Part shown: positions 1 through 12,249 of the stretch, in pieces | How the letters are laid out: each line of letters begins with the position of its first letter | Position numbering within the stretch: position 1 is the stretch's first letter | Notes under the pieces: generated by a model | The model's database searches: none | What the model was told of the DNA's origin: nothing | The model's input: the letters and a program-made list of their open reading frames with translations, nothing else | Made by a program: the position numbers and the translations under genes | Assembly (NCBI GenBank): GCA_001275005.1 | Contig: JWZX01003364.1 | Location: 1-64,000, forward strand | Length of the DNA: 64,000 nt | Origin: Chrysochromulina tobinii | Taxonomy: Eukaryota | Direction of reading: 5' to 3'

Positions 1-1853
1 GCGGTGACGATGGCGGTGGCGGTGGCAGCAGTGGTGAGTGCGAGGGCGGTGGCGGCGAGGGCGAGGGCGGCGGCGGCGAGGGCGGTGGAAGCGGCGGCGG
101 CGGCAAGGACGGCGGCGGCGAAGGCGAGGGCGGCGAGGGTGAGGGCGGCGGTGGTGAGGGTGAGGGTGGCGGCGGCAAGGGCGGGGGTGGTGCCGGGCAA
201 GTCGAGACTGTGCCATAGACACCAGTCAGGGTCGTTGAGTAGGAGCAGACAGTGGCTCCACAGCAGCTATAGACGTTGGGCCCCTGTGAGCGGGGAGTGA
301 GGAACGCGAGATCAAGGAAGTTATATGTTTGGACGTGTATAGCTGTTCACTCCACATGAGGGTGATGGGGACTTCTGAACATGAGAACGTACTGCTTGAG
401 CTGTGTTCCCGTAGATGGTGCACGAATCAATGGTCACAGAGCCGCCCTGGACATAGACACCGCCGCCCTGTTGTTGCAATTAACGAGCAAAATGTGAGTC
501 TCCCATCTGGGCGATGGGAGATTTTGAGCTTGAGCACGCACAGATGAAGCTGTGTTGCCTGTGATGGTGCACGATGACAAGGTCACCGTGCCACTGTTGA
601 TGAACACACCGCCGGCCTGCAAGCACAAAAGCGCAAAAACAGTGAACATCCCACACCGGGGCGATGGGAACTTTTGAAGATGAGCGCGCACATTGGGAGC
701 TGTGTTGGAGTAGATCTGGGAGTTCACGATCGACACTGTGCCACCCCCGACAAAGACACCACCGCCCTGCAAACACAGCGAGCATAACGTGAGTCTCCCA
801 TTGGGGCGATGGGAAAGTTTCAGGTCTCTGAGGCACGTACCCACTGTAGTTGACCGGAGAGTGGGCCACAGTTGTGGAAGCGTGAGTTGAGGCAAGTGCG
901 TCAGCAACTTTCCCATGGGGGCGATGGTAAGTTTGGGTATCTGTGTGGCACGTACCAACTGTCGTAAAGTTGACCAAAGCGTTCGCAGTTGTGCAATCGT
1001 GGTCGGACAAAAGCACGTCAGCAATTTTCCAACATCGGGGCAATGGGTTTTCAAGTTCTCTGTGGCACTTACATCCTGTAGTTGACAGGAGCGTCGTCCA
1101 CAGTTGCCAAGCGAGAGTCAAGGAAAGCGCGTCAGCAAATTCACCATCGGGGCGATGGGAAGTTTTCAAGGTCTCTGTGTGGCACGTACCATCTATAGTT
1201 GACCGAAGCGTTTGCAGTTGTGCAAGCGAGAGTCAAGGCAAGCATGTCAGCCATTTCCCCATCGGGCGATGGGAAGATCTGAGTGCGCATACAAAGTCGA
1301 TGTAGCCTCCCGTGATGTTGAGCCCGATCAGCTGCACGATGCCCGACGGACCCGGGTTGATGTACAGCACACGACGTGGACTCGAGGAGCTCGCTTGTGC
1401 GTTCAGGATGACCGTGGCTCCCGCCGCCGCCTCGAGGATGACGCTCCTGGTGATGCTGAGCTCGGCGCTGAGGTTGTAGGTGCCGGAGGCAAGGACGATG
1501 CGGCCGGCGGCGGTGTTGGCGAGTGCGCTGGTCAGGCCGGTGGTGGTGCTCACCGCGGTCTGCAGCTCACGGCGGTGGCTGGGCACAAGGGACGCCGAGG
1601 TGACGCTGTCCACGATCGACCCGGAGCCCACGAAGCTTGTAAAGTTCGCGAGCTGTTGCCCATCATGCTGGCTGCTCGGGAGGGCTCGTCCGAGCTCCGT
1701 CGAAGGCGGTCGCGGCGCCGGCAGAGGGCTGAATCCGCGGTCGTCGGGCGCGGGCGGGAGCGGCGGAGGCGGCACTACGGTCAAGAGCGGCGGCACAGGC
1801 GAATGTGCCGAGGCCGTCACGGCGACGATCCCGTGAATTAGTCCTCGAGCCAT
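1..1853 (-). CDS. Multi-exon secreted/surface protein with Pmp/pectin-lyase-like beta-helix repeats and a C-terminal Pro-rich (PPSPPP) tract; runs off the window start
   Basis: Exon 1 ends ...IVLASGTYNL...RRVLYINPGPSGIVQLIGLNITGG. It is followed by short exons GGGVFVGGGTVSIVNSQIYSNTA (~695-767), GGVFINSGTVTLSSCTITGNTA (~545-617) and GGGVYVQGGSVTIDSCTIYGNTA (~390-467), separated by GT..AG introns. The last exon reads GPNVYSCCGATVCS...CPAPPPPLPPPPSPSPPP (<1-283). Confidence 0.75.
480..1290. repeat. Family of related introns, each carrying a CCCATCG-N-CGATGGG hairpin; the long intron is a degenerate tandem array of ~120-bp units
   Basis: Palindromic cores at ~501-520, ~650-669, ~796-815, ~912-928, ~1143-1161 and ~1255-1275, with shared flanking sequence. 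Confidence 0.7.
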
Positions 1854-2414
1854 CGATCGCAGACCACAAGCGTCTTCGGCCGGCAGAGAAGTTCACAACC
1901 AAAACAGAGGCCCCACACCGCTCCGCAGCAGCTGGTCCTGTCCGGGTGCAGAGAGAGTCGACCTCCGAGCGTGAGATGGGGCAGCACTTGGGGCGGGGCG
2001 TGCGGCATGTGCGGCACTCTCCCGCCCGCCCGCCCTGCCCGCGTGCCCGCCCTGCCCGCGTGCCACCCCGACGCGCGCGCCACACAAAAGTGTCTCCAAG
2101 ACATCGTGACCTCGTGTGAAAACCAGGCCGCCTGGAGGACGAACTGTGAACCGCTGAACGCAGGCTTTCCAGAAACTCTGTACTGAGCGCTGCAGTGTAT
2201 TTACGCGACCTTGTAGACCTCACAAACCGAGAGCTGAGCGGCTCATGCCCTATTATACTCGTACACACAGATTTACACCGTGCTCGAGTAGCAAGGAGAG
2301 CGCACGACAACGCACATCCCACGCACGCTCACCGAACACTGTTCATCCCGAGAACGCTCCACATGCGTGCCGTAAGCCGGCTCGAATGCGAGATCGGCGG
2401 CTGCAGCGAGAGCG

Positions 2415-5400
2415 TAGTCTTTGGAAAATGTGTAGGATTTTTTGTGCACCCGTCACAGTACTGGTTCTGATAGTACAATAGTTGAAACCTAGTTGTCTAA
2501 TCGCGGGGAAAGATGGGGCATGTTATGGGGTCATCGCGGCAAACACAGCTCATGATGGCGCCTTTGGGCATGTGTGCGCTTCGTTGCGAAGAAAACAGGG
2601 ACCTCACCGATGATCGGTCTCGCGCACAACCCGCCGGAGTGCTGCCCGCCGTCGCGAGCCCCTGAGCACGATGAGTATGCTGAGCCCACTGGGCATGAAG
2701 AGGATGCTGAGCATGATGAGCATGCTCAGTCTGAGCATGATGAGCATGCTCAGTCTGCTGGGCACGATGAGCTTGCTGAGCTTGGTGAGCTTGAGCACGC
2801 TGAGCTTGATGAGCTTGCTGATCCTGCAGAGCACGCTGAGCACGCTGCAGCAATGTTGGCGGTGCACGATGAGCATGCTGAGCACGCGCGATGTCAATGA
2901 GCTTGCTGAGCACACTGAGCACGATGAGGATTAGATGAGGATGCTGAGCACAATGAGCATGCTGAGCCTGCTGAGCTCAATGAGGCTGCTGAGCACAGTG
3001 AGCATGCCGAGCCTGCTGAGCTTGCTGAGCTTGCTGAGCTTGATGAGCTTGATGAGCATGATGAGGATGCTGAGCTCGCTGAGCATTCTGAGGATGCTGA
3101 GCCAGATGAGCAGGTTGAGCAGGCTGAGCCCGCCGAGCACGATGAGGATGCTGAACCTGCTGAGTATGCTGAGGATGCTGAGCCCGATGAGCAGGTTAAG
3201 TAGGCTGAGCTCACTGAGCTCGCTGAGCTTGCTGAGCAGGCTGGGCACGCACCGACCGCCGAGCACGCTGCAGCGATGGCAGGGATGATGAGCCTGCTGA
3301 GCACAATGAGCTTGCTGAGCCCGCTGAGCATGATGAGGATGCTGAGCGCGCTGAGCATGATGAGGATGCTGAGCCCGATGAGCAGGTTAAGCAGGCTGAG
3401 CGGGCAGAGCTCGCTGAGCTTGCTGAGCAAGCTGGGCGTGCACCAAGCACGCTGCAGCAATCCCGGTGATGATGAGCCTGCTGAGCACAATGAGCTTGCT
3501 GAGCCCGCTGAGCACCATGAGGATGCTAAGCCCGCTGAGCATGATGAGGATGCTGAGCCCGATGAGCAGGCTGAGCAGGCTGAGCATAGGCTGAGCAGGC
3601 TGAGCAGGCTGAGCTTGCTGAGCTTGATGGGCGCGCACCAAGCACGCTGCAGAGATCCCAGTGATGATGAGCCCGCTGAGCACAATGAGCTTGCTGAGCC
3701 CGCTGAGCATGATGAGGATACTGAGCGCGCTGAGCATGATGAGGATGCTGAGCTCAATGAGCGGGTTGAGCAGGCTGAGCGGGCAGAGCTCGCTGAGCTT
3801 GCTGAGCAAGCTGGGCGCGCACCAAGCACGCTGCAGCAATCCCGGTGATGATGAGCCTGCTGAGCACAATGAGCTTGCTGAGCCCGCTGAGCACCATGAG
3901 GATGCTAAGCCCGCTGAGCATGATGAGGATGCTGAGCCCGATGAGCAAGTTGAGCAGGCTGAGCATAGGCTGAGCAGGCTGAGCTTGCTGAGCTTGCTGA
4001 GCTTGATGGGCACGCACCAAGCATGCTGCAGTGTTCGCGGTGATGATGAGCCCGCTGAGCACAATGAGCTTGCTGAGCCCGCTGAGCATGATGAGGATAC
4101 TGAGCGCACTGAGCATGCTGAGGATGATGAGCTCAATGAGCGGGTTGAGCAGGCTGAGCAGGCTGAGCAGGCTGAGCAGGCTGAGGAGGCTGAGTTTGCT
4201 CAGCATGCTGGGCACGCGCCGAGCATGCTGCAGAGATGGCAGTGATGATGAGCCCGCTGAGCACAATGAGCTTGCTGAGCCCGCTGAGCATGATGAGGAT
4301 ACTGAGCGCGCTGAGAATGATGAGGATGCTGAGCCCGATGAGCAGGCTGAGCAGGCTGAGCATGGACTGAGCAGGCTGAGCTTGCTGAGCTTGCTGAGCT
4401 TGCTGAGCACGCCGGGCACGCACCGAGCACTCTGCAGTGATGGCGCTTATGATGAGCCTGCTGAGCACGATGAGCTTGCTGAGCCCGCTGAGCATGATGA
4501 GGATGCTGAGATCGCTGAGCATGATGAGGATGCTGAGCCAGATGAGCAGGTTGAGCGGGCTGAGCAGGCTGAGCAGGCTGGGCTTGCTCAGCATGCTGGG
4601 CACGCACTGAGCACGCTGCAGCACAATAAGGATGCTGAGCTAGCTGAGCACAATAAGGATGCTGTGCAAACTGAGAACAATCAGGATTATTAGCCCTACG
4701 AGCATGCTGATTTTGCCGAGCACGCTTAACTGAGCTTGCTGAGCCTGCTGAGCCTGCTGAGCAAGCTAAGCTCATTGTGCTCAGCGGGCTCATCATCACC
4801 GCGATCGCTGCAGCGTGCTCGGCGCGTGCCCAGCGTGCTCAGCGTTCTCAGCGTGCTCAGCCTGCTCAGCCTGCTCAGCCTGCTTGCTCAGCCTGCTCAT
4901 TGAGCTAATCATCCTCAGCATGCTCAGCGGGCTCAGCATCCTCGATTGCTACAGCATGCTCGGCGCGTGCCCAGCTTCCTCAGCAAGCTCAGCCTGCTCA
5001 GCCTGCTCAGCCTGCTCAGCCTGCTCAGCCTGCTCGACCTGCTAGTTGAGCTCACCATCATCCTCAGCATGTTCAGCGGGCTCAGCATCCTCATAATGCT
5101 CAGCAGGTTCAGCAAGCTCATCGTGCTCAACAGGCTCATCATCACCGCCATCGCTGCAGCGTGCTCAGCGCGTGCCCAGCGTGCTCAGCAAGCTCAGCGA
5201 GCTCAGCAGGCTCAGCTTGCTCAACCTGCTCATTGAGCTCATCATCCTCATCATGCTCAGTGGGCTCAGTATCCTCATCATGCTCAGCAGGCTCATTCAG
5301 CATCCTCATCGTGCTCAACGCACAGCGGGCTCATCATCCATTGCCAACACATCGACACAACGTGCTCAGCGTGCTCCTCAGGCTGAGCAAGCTCAAAAAG

Positions 5401-7922
5401 CCCAGGAAGCTCAGCCTGCTCAGCGTGCTCAGCCTGCTCATTGAGCTCATCATCCTCAGCATGCTTAGCGGGCTCAGTATCCTCATCATGCTCAGCGGGC
5501 TCAGCAAGCTCATTGTGCACAGCGGGCTCATCATCACTGCCATCGCTGCAGCATGCTCGGCGCGTGCCCAGCATGCTGAGCAAGCTCAGCCTGCTTAGCC
5601 TGCTCAGCCTGCTCAGCCTGCTCAGCCTGCTCAACCCGCTCATCGAGCTCATCATCCTCAGCATGCTCAGCGTGCTCAGCATCCTCATCATGCTCAGCGA
5701 GCACGCCGCAGCGATGTTGGCGATGATGATCCCACTAAGCACTATGAGCATGCTGAGCCCCCTGAGCATAATGAGCTTGCTGAACCTGCTGAGCATGAGT
5801 GGGAGGATGAGCCTAATGAGCATGCTGGGCTTGCTGAGCTTGCTGAGCTTCCTGGGCTTGCTGAGCTTGCTGAGCCTGTAGAGCACGCTGCGGCGATGTT
5901 GGCAATGATGAGCTTCATGTGCTCCGGCGCGTGCCCAGGGTGCTCAGCAAGCTCAGCAAGCTCAACAAGCTCATCCTGCTCAACCTGCTTATCAGGCTCA
6001 TCATCCTTATCATTCTCGGCGCCCTCAGCATCCTCATCATGCTCAGCGGGCTCAGCAAGCTCATCGTGCTCAGCGGGCTCATCATCACCTCCATCACTGC
6101 AGTGTGCTCGGCGCGTGCCCAGCGTGCTCAGCAAGCTCAGCGAGCTCAGCAAGCTCAGCCTGCTTAACCAGCTCACCAGGCTCATCATCCTCAGCATGCT
6201 CAGCGCGCTGAGCATCCTCATCATGCTCAGCTGGCTCAGCAAGCTCATCGTGCTCAGCAGGCTCATCATCACCGCGATCGCTGCAGCGTGCTCAGCGTGT
6301 GCCCAGCGTGCTCAGCGTGCTCAGCGAGCTCAGCCTGCTCAGCCTGCTCAACCTGCTCATCTGGCCCAGCATGCTCAGCTAGCTCAGCTAGCTCATGGTG
6401 CTCAGCGGGCTCAGTATGCTAATTGTGCTCGGCATGCTCATCATCGGCAACAATGCCGCATCGTGCTCAGCATGCTCAGCAGGCTCAGCATGCTCAGCAA
6501 GCTCAGCAAGCTCAGCAGGCTTGGCATGCTCTCTGTGCTCAGCATCCTCATTGAGCTCAGCAGGCTCAACCTGCTCATCTGGCTCAGCATGCTCAGCATG
6601 CTCAGCGCGCTCAGCTAGCTCATGGTGCTCAGCGGGCTCAGTATGCTCATCATCGGCAACAATGCCGCATCGTGCTCAGCGTGCTCAGCAGGCTCAGCAT
6701 GCTCAGCAAGCTCAGCAAGCTCAGCAGGCTCGGCATGCACACTGTGCTCAGCAGCCTCATTGAGCTTAGCAGGCTCAGCATGCTCATTGTGCTCAGCATC
6801 CTCATCCAATCCTCATCGTGCTCAGTGTGCTCAGCAAGCTCATTGACATCGTGCTCAGCATGCTCATCGTGCACTGTCAACATTGCTGCAGCGTGCTCAG
6901 CGTGCTCTGCAGGATCAGCAAGCTCATCAAGCTCAGCGTGCTCAAGCTCAGCAAGCTCATCGTGCTCAGCAGACTGAGCATGCTCATCATGCTCAGCATC
7001 CTCTTCATGCCCAGTGGGCTCAGCATCCTCATCGTGCTCAGCCGGCTCAGCATGCTCATCGTGCTCAGCCGGCTCATCATTGCCAACATCGCTCAGCATT
7101 CTCAGCTTGCTCAGCAGGCTCATCAAGCTCAGCAAGCTCAGCGTGCTCAGCAGGCTCAGCATGCTCATTGTGCTCAGCATCCTCATCGTGCTCAGTGAGC
7201 TCAAGTCGGAACGATATAACATATATGTGCTGCCTTGCACAATACTCAAAACATGTCCTTGATGGTGGAAGAGAGGGTGGCCATGTGTGGCATTGTGTTT
7301 ATTAGTCTATGTTTCGAAGCTGATCTAGCATGTACTGTACGACATTTGAATGGCGTGGCGTGGATGACCGGACAAGCGTCTCGCATACGATGAGAGCTGC
7401 AGCTGAGAGCTGGTGCAGCAAAATGTGCGCGCGTGTTGGCTTACGAGAGCTCGATTGCGTTCGATTTCATTGGCGAACAAGGATCCGTAGTCAGCTGCCC
7501 ACAGATCGGCCGCTATCTCTTCCAGAACCGGTAGCTTTGGCACCAACTCATCTTGCAGAGGTTCAGCGGCATGCACAATGCCGGCGTCAACGCCGGAGTC
7601 GATCGATGAAGTTGCATTCGATGCCAATGGCCTCCAACGTCTCTTCGGCTGCCAAGACCACCCCCTCGATCGAGGCATCTCGCGACGGCGGGCTGCACTC
7701 CGGCGGGTTGTGCGCGAGACCGATCATCGGAGAGGTCCCTTTTTTCTTCGCAACGACGCGCGATCATGCCCAATGGCGCCATCATGAGCTGTGAATGCCG
7801 CGATGACCCCATGAGAAGCCCCATCTTCCCCCGCGTTCATACAACTAGGTTTCAACTATTGTACTGTCAGAACCAATACTGTGACGGGTGCACAAAAAAT
7901 CCTACACATTTTCCAAACACTA
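2415..7922. mobile_element. Foldback-type non-autonomous TIR element: 244-bp TIRs enclosing a 9-bp satellite
   Basis: 2415-2658 (TAGTCTTTGGAAAATGTGTAGG...GTCGCGAG) is the colinear reverse complement of 7679-7922 (CTCGCGAC...CCTACACATTTTCCAAACACTA), roughly 85-90% identical by eye. No transposase ORF is recognisable and no clean TSD is present. Confidence 0.85.
2662..7200. repeat. Minisatellite of ~9-bp GCTGAGCA(T/C/G)-type units with higher-order blocks and three orientation inversions
   Basis: GCTGAG-sense at 2662-~4768, CTCAGC-sense at ~4769-5698, GCTGAG-sense at ~5699-5912, CTCAGC-sense at ~5913-7200. Segment 2821-3015 is the reverse complement of ~6725-6915. Confidence 0.95.
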
Positions 7923-9550
7923 GAGCAACATAGGCCTAGGCATGATGGTGGACCTCTCAAAGGCACACACCGAAGGCACGGTCACGTTCATGCCCTCGGC
8001 CAACCGAATCAAGCACATCCTTGATATGTGGGCGAAGGCAAAGCGCTCGAACAGGATGACCACCGGCGAGGCGAGCACGCTCAGAGGGAAACGGCAATTC
8101 CTCCTCGAGTGCGCTCAAGGCAGAGTTGGCTGGGCATCATCGCTTTCTCTAGTACAACGCGAATACCACGATGGAGACGAGACCGAGTTCTCGGAGGCCC
8201 TGCAGCATGCTTACGAGTTCGACGCTGCGCTGCTTCCGAACCTCCCTTTCCGCGTGGAGCTAGTGGAGCCTCCCAACGTCCGCCCGCTTCTCGTATATAC
8301 ATACGGACGCGATGTTCAGGCCCCGCAAGCGAAAGCGCAGAGACTGCGCCGACGACGCGCTGGAAGCATGGAAAGCCAAATTCGTCTCCAGATTGGGCAT
8401 TGTCTTGTACAACCCGCATTTTAACCCGCATTGCGATCCGGACAACACAGCGTACGACCCGGCGCTCGTCGCAGGCTGCGAAGAGGGGCACCTCGTGTAC
8501 GCTAGCGCAGCCCCACCAGACGACATTGCAGCGACGTTCGTGAAAGCCCGCGATGGGGACTTCCAAAAGACATATATCGCTCAGCTTGAGGTCTTAGCCG
8601 GGGTCGCCGTCTACTTCACTTACCCAGATCGAGTACGCGGCCGACAAGTTAACCACTTCATCGACAACACAGTGGCCCTATCGGGCCTCGTCCACGGATA
8701 TGCGCGCAAACTGGACTTGGCACGCATGATCAACGCGTTCCACCTCCAAATCGCAGCGCTAGGCGCAAACGTCTACTACGAATTCGTTCCGTCGAAGTGT
8801 ATAAACGTGGCCGACCTGCCGTCGCGGGACGAGTACGAGTTGCTCGATGAGCACGGCGGAAAGCGCACTCCCATGCTCTTCCCGCCAGCATCAGACTGGA
8901 CCGGCCCACTGGACCTCTGGTTCAAGCGGTTCAGCGCTAACCCGCCGTAACCAGCTCCGCACCAACCGCTGCAGCGCCCTAGGGCCTCAGCGCAAACAAG
9001 TAACAGCACAGCAACAGCTTAGCACGAGAGGCCCGGGTAGGTGGTCTCAGTCGACCTCTCTGCCCGCGGCCTGGCGGAAGCATTCTGATGTGCTCGAGCA
9101 ACTCGTAGCAGGGAACGGTAAGTAAGGATATGACCCGAGTACTATATGCAGCGCGAGCCGCAAGGCCCGCGCGGCAGAACGTACCAGTTCCAGAGGTCTG
9201 AGAAAAGTACCTTCCCTCATACAACAGGTGTACATATCGTACAGCGCACGGTTTCGAACCTCGGGGCGATGGTATCGCCTCGGAGGGGCCTCGCCGTCCT
9301 TGTGCGCTAACCTCAGGCCGATACATGCCCAACATGGAACGGCCTGAGGAGTCCTCAATCATTATATACCCATAGGCTAAGATACCCGTCACAGATATCC
9401 CCACAGCCCGACCGGTGCGGCAGCACTATCGATACGTGGGTCTGGATGGCTGATGTGAGGTTCGTTTGTGTGATCCGTGTCCGTGTGTCAAGTCGCGAAG
9501 AAACGCCGCGGAGCTTCTGAGGTGCGTTAATAACAAACTATTATTCTATT
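7923..9550 (+). mobile_element. 5'-truncated DIRS/Ngaro-like (tyrosine-recombinase retrotransposon) fragment: RT thumb, RNase H and 3' noncoding end
   Basis: RT thumb-like GLGMMVD...ASTLRGKRQF. DIRS-type RNase H motifs YTD(A), IAQLEVLA, HFIDNTVA and FVPSKCINVADLPSR (to 8950). The right boundary is approximate, placed at the AT-rich TAATAACAAACTATTATTCTATT. Confidence 0.75.
7942..8950 (+). pseudogene. RT-RNase H pol fragment with a frameshift at ~8296-8304
   Basis: ORFs 7942-8424 and 8312-8950 join as ...PLLVYTDAMFRP... if a small duplication in GTATATACATACGGAC is removed. The RT palm (YxDD) is missing upstream. Confidence 0.7.
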
Positions 9551-9900
9551 TGGGTGCACAGTCGGAGAGATCCAGATCGCCTTCTCATAGATCATCATTA
9601 TCGACACTGTTACATGTAGGTCGCAGTCAAAATAGTGTGTTAGTGGCAACCATTTCAGGGCCTAAATGTAGTGATTTATAGTCAATATCGCCAAAGTTTT
9701 CGAGAAGTGACCGCGGGTCTCCTCGACGGGCGCGGTTTCAGGATTCAGCCTGAATTACTTTTTTCTTTTTAGTATTTTTTCTTAGGCTGATAACTCCGAC
9801 TTGCTGAATTAAGCTGAATCAATCGTCACCGTTTCACATTTCTGATTTCACATTTCACACGCGAAAGCAGTGACGGACGACGAGCCGTACTCACACCGTT

Positions 9901-12249
9901 TCACACGATGAGACGGACGAGCCGTAGTTCCTTCTGAGAGCACTGGAGCAGCTCGGTGGCCTGTGGGGAAACGGACGCGGGCGCCGTGGTGAGCACCTGA
10001 GCAGCTCGGTGGCCTGCTTGACGGAGCGTATGAGCTCCCCTTCGATGAGGAGGTAATCAGTGGCACTCGGTGGCAATCATGCTCGCTCGCCTGCTTGACG
10101 GAGCGTATGAGCTCCCCTTCGATGAGAAGGAGAGTATCACCGATGGCGAGGCCGGCGGCCGCTGCAGCGCTTCCTGCGGCGACCGCGCTCACGACGGCGC
10201 CGAGGCCGATCTCGTTGAGGGCACGGACCTGATGAGGGAGGCAATCAGCATACACTCAGAGGAGCTCACGACGGCGCCGAGGCCTGGCTCTCTGAGCGCC
10301 ATGGTGAGCGCACACACCTCGAGTCCGTGGTTCAGAGCGCCGTCCTGAGCGCCATGCGGCGTCTTGAGCGTCGTCTTGAGCGTAACGGCCGCGGCGATCC
10401 TTCGAAAGACGACGCTCACTGTGACGAAACTCAGATCATCGACGAGGGCGACTGCATGCGCATGCGAAGTGGGCACCTGATGAGGGACGCAATCATTGGC
10501 ACTCAGTGGCAATCATCGACGAGGGCGATTGCATGCGCATCAATGATCATCAGTGGCCATTAGTGGCCATCAGTGGTCATCAGTGGTCACCGTGCCGTTG
10601 ACGGAGAGGAGCAGCCAGCCCGGGCACAGCCCGCGCCCCTCGCCCTGCGAGCCAGCGCTCCAACCGGCGACGAGCACGCCGCCCGAGGTCCCGACCGGTG
10701 CGCACCTGATGAGGGACGCAATCAGACGCACTCAGACGCACTCAGACGCACTCAGTCGCAATCAGCCGCCCGAGATCCCAACCGGTGCGCACGTGATGCC
10801 GATGCGCCCATCACGGCGCTCGAAGACTTCGCGCACACTCGAGGCGAGCACCGTGAGCGAGATCGTCTCCTTGGCCTTGACGCACCTGTGGGGAAGCGGA
10901 CGCGGGCGCCGTGGTGAGCAATGCATGCAGGGTAGAGGCTCATGGCGCCGTATTGAGCACATGCAATCAGAGGTGCAATCACGCCGCGCGGACGCACCGG
11001 CTGATCTCTCGCGAGGCCTGCTCGTGATGAGGGAGGCAATCAGCATGCAATCAGAGGTGCAATCACGCCGCGTGGACGCACCGGCTGATCTCTCGCGAGG
11101 CCTGCTCGTGACTCCCTTCGGCCACCGCCTTGCCGTTGATGCGCACCTGTGGGGAACGGACGAGATGGCGCCGTGGTGAGCACGTGCATGCAGGGCTCGG
11201 CCTTGCCGTTGCTACTCACGAGGACATCGCCCACGAGGACGCCGGCGCGCTCCGCACGTCCCCCCGGCTTGAGGCTGAAGACGAATACCCCGACGGCCCC
11301 ACCCAATGAAGGGTCGGAGAAGGGGGGGGGCACGTCCCCCCACACGATCCCCACAGGCCCCTCGCTGACCTGATGAGGGAGGCAATCAGCATGCAATCAG
11401 AGGTGAGGGGGGCACGTCCCCCCACACGATCCCCACAGGCCCCTCGCTGACCTCCATCCTGAGCTCGCGTAGCCCGAGGGTCCCGGCGCCGGCGTGGGCG
11501 CCGCCGCCGCCGCTGCTGCCGACGCCCACGCCGGCGCCCACGACGACGCCCTCATGGGCGGCGCTCGTTTTCGGGTTCGGGTTGCTGCTGCTGCTGCCGC
11601 TGCTGCCGCTGCTGCTCTTGCCGAACCCAAAGAGGCCGCCGAGGATGCTGCGACCGCCGCCGCCGCCGGCGCCGGCGGCGGCGCGTGTCGTGGTCGGTTC
11701 GCTGCTTTCGTTGCTGTCGCTGTGTGAGGCGGGCGGCGGCGGTGAGTCGACTGTGAAGACCTGTGAGTCGACTGTGAAGACCAGCAGCTCCGGTTTCGTG
11801 GTCGGCTTGGCGGGCGGGCTGCTCTTGAGCATATTCGGCGTGTAGAGGGGCGGGCCATTTGGCGAACGCGGGGACGCGGCCATCGAAAACTCCTCCTCGT
11901 CCGACGACAGCGCGTTCGCGATGCCCTCGACGACGTCATCGCCTCGTGCACGAGATCCATACGACTGCTGCTGCTGCTGCTTGTAGGCAGCGCCGCCGAC
12001 GGCCGATGCCTTCGCCGCTGAGCCGGTAGCTGTGCTGCCGCCACTGCTGCTCGACGCTGACAGGGAGCTTTTGTTGGGTGTGCTGGCAGTCATGGAGTTG
12101 GGTGTGCTGGCGGTACTAGTAGACAGGGGTTTCTTGACAGGGGTGCTCAGGTTTGAGATGGACGCCGGTCCGTCCAGATTATCATCGCTGTCGTCGCCGT
12201 CGAGCACATCGCCGAAATCCCGCGCAGCTGCGGTGACGATCCGCGCCAT
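9901..12249 (-). CDS. Multi-PDZ-domain protein with a Ser/Gly-rich N-terminus; multi-exon
   Basis: PDZ-like segments GPVGIVW...GVFVFSLKPGGRAERAGVLVGDVLVS|INGK, GRIGITC...GVLVAG...GLCPGWLLLSVNG and GAVVSAVAAGSAAAAAGLAIGDTLLLIEGE. The last exon ATELLQCSQKELRLVRLIV* ends at 9901. Confidence 0.75.

Noticed and set aside
2497..7305. Many long ORFs (AEHDE-, MLSLLS- and SACSAG-rich) suggesting a His/acidic metal-binding protein
   Set aside because: They are by-products of a 9-bp satellite. Frames shift between blocks, the orientation flips, and the region is enclosed by TIRs.
9000..9500. Possible hammerhead ribozyme in the retroelement 3' region (CTGATG motifs)
   Set aside because: The core reads CTGATGT rather than CTGANGA, and no matching GAAA/stem arrangement was found by eye.
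9742..9820. Small inverted repeat GATTCAGC...GCTGAATC around a T-rich tract (possible MITE)
   Set aside because: It is too short, has a single copy in the window and shows no TSD.
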